From Planctopirus limnophila DSM 3776 (GTDB lineage Bacteria > Planctomycetota > Planctomycetia > Planctomycetales > Planctomycetaceae), in contig NC_014148.1 of NCBI RefSeq assembly GCF_000092105.1, positions 3,510,001 to 3,542,000 on the forward strand: a stretch of DNA of 32,000 nt, written 5' to 3'. Both the position numbers and the translations under genes were made by a program. This document shows, in pieces, positions 25,219 through 32,000 of the stretch (positions within the stretch are counted from its first letter, which is position 1; each line of letters opens with the position of its first letter). The notes under the pieces were generated by a model, which made no database searches, was not told the origin of the DNA, and saw only the letters and a list, made by a program, of their open reading frames with translations.

Positions 25219-25400
25219 AATTCAAATCCTCGCTGATGATATTCGTGCGTTGTCCAATGCCCAGATCTACGACAATCGCTGGTGATCAAAGCTGTTCAAA
25301 GGCGCAGGCCCAGGGCGATTCAAACAGCGTTCCGCCAAGTCTGCGGGCTCAGGCGAAACAGGCCGTCAACATTCAAAAAAATCGCTGGTTGACTTCCTAA

Positions 25401-25583
25401 TCAGACTTTCGCTTCCCGATCGTCGATCTTCTCGGGCTCCTGTTCTGCCTCCTTGGCACCCTTCTTGAATTCCGTGATGCTCTGTCCCAGTGATCGCATC
25501 ACGCTGGGAAGCCGGTTTCCGAAAAGGAGCAGGACAATTCCTAGTACAACAAGCAATTCCCATCCACCGGGCAGACCAAACAT
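25401..25583 (-). CDS. tatA: Twin-arginine translocase subunit, TatA/E family (60 aa)
   Basis: MFGLPGGWELLVVLGIVLLLFGNRLPSVMRSLGQSITEFKKGAKE. This is a second paralogue 182 nt upstream of the first, on the same strand. Confidence 0.88.
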   Translation of the reverse strand: MFGLPGGWELLVVLGIVLLLFGNRLPSVMRSLGQSITEFKKGAKEAEQEPEKIDDREAKV

Positions 25584-26100
25584 GATTTTCTCCGGATCAA
25601 CCTCTCAGCAATTTGGAACAAACGTTCATAACGCTCTGAGGTGTCTAACTTTGTAACGAAAGGCGGCGTGGCAGAAAGTCTTGCTTGGCAGAGATCTCAG
25701 CCTCGGCTTCATCACCTGAGAAGCCAATTCAGCCTGCCTGAAGAACAATATTCACGCATATTGTCATGATACGTCGGAGGAGTCGGATGCGGGAGTCACT
25801 TCTCTGCATTAGCAAGTCAGTACTGACAACTCACTACTCATGACCCGATGCCCACGACAAAACAGTCTCTGCGACGCTGATCCGAGCTACTTTGAGCTGC
25901 GGTCTCCACGAATACGAGCGGCTGCGGTAGCCACATCGCACGCGGTCTATATCCAAAATTATCACTTCGGGTACGAGGAAAGTCAATCTTGTGCCCGAAG
26001 ACCTTGGTCACTTCAAGGGTTAAAGTGAATGTACCACATCACTGGCACTGCGGACTCTCGCCTCATTTCAACGACTTTTTGAGGTGTATAAATGAAAATG

Positions 26101-26123
26101 GGCACCGGTATGAAACCGGTGCC
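26101..26123 (-). terminator. Intrinsic terminator of the YTV-like gene
   Basis: A perfect 9-bp stem (GGCACCGGT / ACCGGTGCC) with a 5-nt loop, 60 nt downstream of the stop at 26184. On the - strand it is followed by CATTTTCATTTATAC (U-rich). Confidence 0.6.
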
Positions 26124-26183
26124 GCGGGGGTTTGGGGGGGACATTTCAACACGAACAGAGGGGACAGGCATGGGGTGCCTGGG

Positions 26184-27443
26184 TTAGCGATCCGCATCAA
26201 CCATGGAGATGGTCGAAGAAACGGCCGCAGGAGGGGTTTCAGAATTCGATGATCGAGCGACCCAGCGTTGGGCTCGAACAATCGAAGGTGTTTCAGCAGG
26301 CTTCGCCGCAGCGTGGCGAGCAACAATTCGTGGCTCTTCCTGATCCAGCACATTCGTCAGAGACGCTGTCATGACAGCTCCCTTCGATTTGGGTGAAACA
26401 GGTTCTGTTTTCGGAGGCTGTGGAATCTCGGCTGTGGGGCCATTCAGCAATGTGGGCTGAGGCTGCACAGGCAAACTGATTTTACTGGCCGGCAGACCAC
26501 CACTCGATGTTCGATTGTCGGGACGATCGGGATTGGCTCGTTCCAAATTGTCTTTGGTGGCACTGCGAGTGCGGATATCTGTGGCAGAACGCGAGAAGTT
26601 GGGATCAGCCGTCGGTGCCAGAACTGTTTGTGAACCCCAGACCGGGCCCCAGGCAGTGGCGGTGCCGCCCATCGGGGCAAAGGCCATCTGACTGCCAATA
26701 GGCACGGTTCGCATCACAGTGACAGGCCGCATGGCCGTCACTTCTTCATCGACATACCGCACTTCGTTCACAGCCACTTTTCGAGTCGATTGCTTGGCCA
26801 CCATAGTGGTGACGTTGTAGGCAACCTGGCGAGTTCCTTGTATAGCGACCTGGCGGGTCACTGGCACAGTCTGGACGCAGGTCCGGGCGACATATTCACG
26901 CTGTGCTGTATAGCGCGGTGTAAATGCTGAACCGATCTGATGAGTGGTCCGATTCCACCAGCCAGCCATACCTGGGCGACTATCAACTTCGCAAGGCGAT
27001 GGTCGGCAGTTGGGCTGATAACGTGTCACCCAGTAACCCATGTTCTTGGTCTGGGTTCGCATTTCCGTCACGTTCTGATAGGAAACCGTGGGGACTTCAC
27101 ATGTCTTCTGTTCTGTCACAGGGACATATTCAGTCACAGGCTGTTCGACATAACGGGTTTCAACAATTGGTCGTCTGACAGTCTGCTTGACCTGCTGGAA
27201 TTCGGTCACAGGAACTGTCTGATAGCAGGTTTGCATAATCGGCTGCTGCACCACTTCGCAGGTGGAGACAGGAGCACAAGGACTGCAACTGGCCGATTGG
27301 AACATCGGCGGTGGTGCCCAGCTCGAAGCACCTGTGTTACAGGTACTGCAGCCAGAGTTACCTCCAAACCATTGTGCCTGGGCACTGGCGTGTGGAGCAA
27401 GAACAGCAAGCGTGGCCCAAAGGGCAATAGAAAAACGAGGCAT
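26184..27443 (-). CDS. Secreted Cys/Pro-rich protein with YxxV/VPVT repeats (YTV-like planctomycetal envelope protein)
   Basis: Signal peptide MPRFSIALWATLAVLAPHASAQA. The N-terminus is Cys-rich (GCSTCNTG...CSPCAPVSTC). Repeats include CYQTVPVTEF, RYVEQPVTEYVPVTEQKTCEVPTVSYQNVTEM, TCVQTVPVTRQV, YNVTTMV and VRYVDEEVTAMRPVTVMRTVP. The C-terminal half is Pro/Ser/Thr-rich and looks disordered. A hairpin terminator lies 60 nt downstream. Confidence 0.6.
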   Translation of the reverse strand: MPRFSIALWATLAVLAPHASAQAQWFGGNSGCSTCNTGASSWAPPPMFQSASCSPCAPVSTCEVVQQPIMQTCYQTVPVTEFQQVKQTVRRPIVETRYVEQPVTEYVPVTEQKTCEVPTVSYQNVTEMRTQTKNMGYWVTRYQPNCRPSPCEVDSRPGMAGWWNRTTHQIGSAFTPRYTAQREYVARTCVQTVPVTRQVAIQGTRQVAYNVTTMVAKQSTRKVAVNEVRYVDEEVTAMRPVTVMRTVPIGSQMAFAPMGGTATAWGPVWGSQTVLAPTADPNFSRSATDIRTRSATKDNLERANPDRPDNRTSSGGLPASKISLPVQPQPTLLNGPTAEIPQPPKTEPVSPKSKGAVMTASLTNVLDQEEPRIVARHAAAKPAETPSIVRAQRWVARSSNSETPPAAVSSTISMVDADR

Positions 27444-27858
27444 GGGTACCTTCCTGTGAAGGAAAGAACAGAACGGTGCCGGAAAAGCGAGACAGGTGTC
27501 GCGAGGGGGAGGCGAGAAAACCTCAGATGCCTGAGGTAGAAGAGTGCACGCTGCCAGGATTCATTCCGGCCGGCAAACCCACCACAGGTATTGAGTCACA
27601 CATCATGGTCGAACTCCCGTTGTCATCCATGACTATTGGCGTTCGCGTTGTGTGTGGGAGGTTTGTAGGTGAAGCCTTCAAGCAGGTCAAGATGTTCCGG
27701 CAAGAACTTCCGAACTTCTAAAAATCGGCTGTTTTCAAGCGAAAACATGAAATTTTTGCCTGCATAAGCTTCAGCACTTTCCGCCAGAGGGCAGTTTTTT
27801 CTGACATTTTCTGCCGATGATTTGCCCAATCAGCAGCACATCATTCAGAATTCATTGA

Positions 27859-27893
27859 AGTTCAATTCGCTGAGCATGATTTCTCGAATTGAA
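27859..27893. promoter_or_regulatory. Perfect 10-bp inverted repeat GTTCAATTCG-N15-CGAATTGAAC upstream of fmt
   Basis: Read directly, ~165 nt upstream of the fmt ATG in the AT-rich 615-nt divergent spacer. It could be an operator or an RNA hairpin. Confidence 0.3.
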
Positions 27894-28058
27894 CAGACGG
27901 GTTTGGTTGGGAGTTGGGAGTTGACAAAGAGATGAGCATGCGACCCACGAAGCTGAGTGTCTGACGCGATGCTGTGGAAGACAGGTACATTCCGTAAGCA
28001 CTTCATGGACCCGACTTGGAAATACTTGAGCGTTGGCCCCAGGAACTGGTGAATTGAC

Positions 28059-29063
28059 ATGAGATCATTGCGAATTGCTTTTCTGGGGACGGGGCCATTA
28101 GCTCGACCCGTCTTTGAAGCCCTGCGCGAATCACCACACCACCAGGTCGTCGCACTGATCACGCAACCTTCCAGAACAGGACGTGGTCATCATCAGCACG
28201 AGAACCCGCTCATTGGTTTAGCTGAAGAGCGGAACATCCCGGTCTTCCAACCTTCACGCATTCGTGATGCCGAGCATGCCACCTGGCTCAAAGAACTGGA
28301 TCTCGACCTGTCTGTGGTGGCGGCTTACGGCCAGATTCTGTCACGGGAGATTCTCGATCTGCCTCGTCTGGGGACCATCAATGTCCACGCCTCACTGCTT
28401 CCCAAGTACCGCGGTGCGACACCGATTCATGCAGCTGTCCTGTCCGGTGATGAAGTGGCGGGAGTGACCATCATTCGCCTTGTCCCGAAGCTCGATGCGG
28501 GCCCCATGCTGGGTGTTGATCAACTCCAGGTTGATGCCCAGGAGACCACAGGTTCACTCGAAGCACGTCTGGCGCAACTGGCCGTTCCATTAACACTGCG
28601 TGTCGTCGATCAACTGGCTATGGGGGAGGCTCAGGAAACCTTACAGGATGAGACTCTCGCCACGCATGTCGGCAAGCTCACCAAACAACATGGCCTGATC
28701 GACTGGTCTAAACCCGCTATAGACATCGAACGACATATTCGAGGGATGCAGCCCTGGCCAGGCCCACAGACGATGCTCTTTTCTGAAGGGAAAGCTCCCC
28801 TGCGCTTGTCCATCCTGCAGGGCACTGTGATCTCTTCATCCGCGACAAATTCATCGTCCGTAGGATCATTTGCAGAACAAACATCACCCGGTCAGCTCAG
28901 TTCCGAATCAGGGCGACTTTTCGCGCAAACGGGCGACCATCGGCTGGAAATTCTCACTTTGCAACCGGAAGGCAAGCGAGCCATGTCGGCTGCCGAATAT
29001 CTTCGCGGACGCCCCGTCAAACCTGGCGATTATCTGGGGACACTGGCCATCGCTCCGCAATAA
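28059..29063 (+). CDS. fmt: Methionyl-tRNA formyltransferase
   Basis: Motifs seen: [75 protein letters not shown], and the C-terminal domain with [14 protein letters not shown]...[11 protein letters not shown]. Confidence 0.92.
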   Translation: MRSLRIAFLGTGPLARPVFEALRESPHHQVVALITQPSRTGRGHHQHENPLIGLAEERNIPVFQPSRIRDAEHATWLKELDLDLSVVAAYGQILSREILDLPRLGTINVHASLLPKYRGATPIHAAVLSGDEVAGVTIIRLVPKLDAGPMLGVDQLQVDAQETTGSLEARLAQLAVPLTLRVVDQLAMGEAQETLQDETLATHVGKLTKQHGLIDWSKPAIDIERHIRGMQPWPGPQTMLFSEGKAPLRLSILQGTVISSSATNSSSVGSFAEQTSPGQLSSESGRLFAQTGDHRLEILTLQPEGKRAMSAAEYLRGRPVKPGDYLGTLAIAPQ

Positions 29064-29172
29064 TCTCCGCACATTCCACAACTCCAACTCAGCATCTATC
29101 GCTGCTCCATTGAGTATGGTATCGAATGTGAGAGATAAGGTGCATTGCGAGGCTACCCCGGAGAAATCACCG

Positions 29173-30123
<951 letters not shown>

Positions 30124-30176
30124 GACACGCACAAACTTCAACCAGATCCAATACCTGACACTCAAGAGTTACTCCC

Positions 30177-32000
30177 ATGATGATGCGCTACTTATTCCTG
30201 ACGATTTTCACTCTGCACTTGTCGACAGCACTGAATTCCACAGCGCTGGCTCAACCGTTGCCACGAGCCACGCCTGAATCGCAGGGGGTGGCCTCGGCTC
30301 AGATTCAGAAATTCATTGAAGCTGCGGATCAGTCGATCAACACACTCCACAGCTTCATGTTGATCCGGCATGGAAAGGTGGTTGCCGAGTGCTGGTGGCA
30401 ACCACAGACACCGACCACGCCGCATGTGATGCATTCGCTGAGCAAGAGTTTCACCTCGACGGCAATTGGGTTTGCAGTGAGCGAAGGGAGGCTCAGTGTG
30501 GATGACCCGGTCATCAAGTTCTTCCCCGATCATCTTCCCGCTGAAGTTTCGCCCAATCTTAAGGCCATGCGGGTCAAGGATCTCCTCACCATGTCCACAG
30601 GCCATGAGACCGAGCCCAGACTCATCGGTGGGCCTGAGGATTCGGGAATTCGCATGTTCCTGGCGCATCCTGTCCCCCATAAGCCGGGAACGCACTTCAA
30701 GTACAACACACCCGCCACTTACATGCTCTCGGCAATCGTGCAGAAGGTCTCGGGTGAAAAGTTGATCGACTACCTGACTCCGCGTTTGTTCAAGCCCCTG
30801 GGCATTGAAAACCCGGCCTGGTCGACCAGTGCTGAAGGAATCAACTACGGTGGGTTTGGTCTCATGATTACGACGGAAGACATCGCCCGTTTTGGCCTCT
30901 TCGCACTGAATGAAGGGCAATGGAATGGCCAGCAACTTCTTCCGGCAGCGTGGATTCGCGAAGCCACTTCGAAGCATGTTTCGAATGGCAGCAATCCCCA
31001 AAGTGACTGGGAACAGGGCTATGGTTATCAGTTCTGGCGCTGCCGACACGGAGCCTTCCGAGGTGATGGCAAAGATGGACAGTTTTGCATTGTTTTGCCC
31101 GAGCAGGATGCGGTCATTGCGATCACAGCCCATACGAGCAATATGCAGGCGGAGTTAAACGTCGTCTGGGATCAACTACTGGCTGCGTTTCATGAAGCTC
31201 CACTGGCAGAAGATCCGGCGGCTCAAGCCCGTCTTAAGGAAGTCTCGTCCAAGCTTGTCGCTGGTCAACCGAAAGGGACGAGCAAACTGCTGCTCAGCCA
31301 GAAAATTCAGAGCGACATTTTGAAGAAGGAGATGAAGTACTCGATTTATCTTCCCGCGGGTTATGAAGGCTCGACGACTTCGTACCCAGTGCTCTATCTG
31401 CTCCACGGCTTTGGTGACGATGAAACGAGCTGGCAGTTGAAGGGAAACATGCAACCCCTCGCGGATGCCACCATTGCGACCCGCCGGGCACTTCCGATGA
31501 TCATCGTGATGCCCGATGCGGAGAAACGTTATTACATGAACAGCGTGATGGGCGAGTACATGTACGAAGATTATTTCATTAAGGAACTGATGCCGCATAT
31601 TGAGAAAACCTATCGCGTCAAAACAGATCGTGCTGATCGAGCACTTTCGGGCCTGTCGATGGGTGGTTATGGAAGCTTGCTTTATGCCCTGCACCATCCT
31701 GAGCTGTTTGCCTCCTGCTATGCCATGAGTGCCGGTGTTCGCTCGGATGAAGAAATGCGGGCGATTCCGTTTGCCGAGTTCAAAAAGCGGTACGTTCCTT
31801 CCGTCGGCGATCTTGAGGAAGGGGACGAACGGATCACTGAGTTTTACAATCGGAACAGTGTGCTGTACCTGCTGCCAAAAACGCCCGTGGAACAGCTCAA
31901 ACAGACACGCTGGTTCATCGATTGTGGGGACGACGACTTCCTTTACAAGGGAAATTCCCTGCTGCACATCACATTCAGCGACCTGAAAGTTCCGCATGAG
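30177..32000 (+). CDS. Secreted two-domain hydrolase, partial at the window end: beta-lactamase-fold serine hydrolase fused to an esterase (esterase D / putative esterase family) domain
   Basis: This ORF is not in the supplied track because it has no stop inside the window. My manual translation of frame 3 from ATG 30177 is open to position 32000. It begins MMMRYLFLTIFTLHLSTALNSTALAQ (signal peptide). Next comes HSFMLIRHGKVVAECWW...HVMHSLSKSFTSTAIG (SxxK nucleophile), then FKYNTPATYMLSAIV. After a linker come YPVLYLLHGFGDDETSW and ALSGLSMGGYGSLLYA (GxSxG). The two long - strand ORFs here are shadows. Confidence 0.75.
   Translation, partial: MMMRYLFLTIFTLHLSTALNSTALAQPLPRATPESQGVASAQIQKFIEAADQSINTLHSFMLIRHGKVVAECWWQPQTPTTPHVMHSLSKSFTSTAIGFAVSEGRLSVDDPVIKFFPDHLPAEVSPNLKAMRVKDLLTMSTGHETEPRLIGGPEDSGIRMFLAHPVPHKPGTHFKYNTPATYMLSAIVQKVSGEKLIDYLTPRLFKPLGIENPAWSTSAEGINYGGFGLMITTEDIARFGLFALNEGQWNGQQLLPAAWIREATSKHVSNGSNPQSDWEQGYGYQFWRCRHGAFRGDGKDGQFCIVLPEQDAVIAITAHTSNMQAELNVVWDQLLAAFHEAPLAEDPAAQARLKEVSSKLVAGQPKGTSKLLLSQKIQSDILKKEMKYSIYLPAGYEGSTTSYPVLYLLHGFGDDETSWQLKGNMQPLADATIATRRALPMIIVMPDAEKRYYMNSVMGEYMYEDYFIKELMPHIEKTYRVKTDRADRALSGLSMGGYGSLLYALHHPELFASCYAMSAGVRSDEEMRAIPFAEFKKRYVPSVGDLEEGDERITEFYNRNSVLYLLPKTPVEQLKQTRWFIDCGDDDFLYKGNSLLHITFSDLKVPHE

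Noticed and set aside
25840-26252. ORFs 25840..26028 + and 25989..26252 + in the tatA upstream spacer
   Set aside because: Their translations are Arg/Cys/His-rich and motif-free. The second runs through the terminator hairpin and into the antisense of the YTV-like gene.
27476-28162. Small ORFs in the fmt upstream spacer (27476..27721 +, 27623..27829 -, 27845..28162 -)
   Set aside because: The region is AT-rich. The ORFs have no motifs, no SD and odd composition. The last one overlaps the fmt start in antisense.
30192-31997. Two long - strand ORFs from the track (30192..31133, 313 aa; 31176..31997, 273 aa)
   Set aside because: They lie exactly antisense to an uninterrupted + strand frame that carries clear SxxK and GxSxG hydrolase motifs and a signal peptide. 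Their own translations are Arg/Cys-rich and have no recognisable motifs. They are shadow ORFs.

Overview
The window looks like ordinary core chromosome from a moderately GC-rich bacterium. I infer Planctomycetota from three things: a YTV-like Cys/Pro-rich secreted protein, a multi-GYF-domain membrane protein, and long Arg-rich signal peptides with often weak Shine-Dalgarno sites. I found no rRNA, tRNA, CRISPR array, transposase, integrase, phage gene or recognisable defence gene, so I cannot support a classical accessory island or a novel defence system here.

Content from left to right:
1. A + strand flagellar cluster at 263-10212: flgF-flgG-flgA-flgH-flgI, a rod-binding (FlgJ N-domain only) gene, a flgN-like gene, then flgK-flgL.
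2. A - strand hydroxyproline-type catabolic cluster at 10399-15241: an MLE-subgroup enolase-superfamily enzyme, a DapA-family enzyme, a proline-racemase-family 4-hydroxyproline epimerase and a DadA-like FAD dehydrogenase.
3. A - strand bestrophin-family channel gene whose stop overlaps the start of a beta-carbonic anhydrase gene (TAATG).
4. An SDR, a GT-B glycosyltransferase, an SGNH hydrolase, an RluA-family pseudouridine synthase and a 634-aa triple-GYF membrane protein.
5. queF, two tandem tatA paralogues, a YTV-like secreted protein, fmt and a divergent NagB-like protein.
6. A + strand gene at 30177 that runs off the window end and is missing from the ORF track. It fuses a beta-lactamase-fold serine hydrolase to an esterase domain.

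The observations most worth a second look are:
- A three-copy family of near-identical GC-rich hairpins (CATGC-YYGC-loop-GCRR-GCATG-GCAC) in 3' intergenic positions.
- Opposed 7-nt-periodic TTTGG / CCAAA arrays in the flgH-flgI spacer.
- The translationally coupled bestrophin / beta-CA pair.
- The Hyp cluster with an MLE-type enolase member and no alpha-ketoglutarate-semialdehyde dehydrogenase.
- A triplicated ~100-aa module inside FlgL.

All functional calls rest on motifs I read in the translations. No database search was run.
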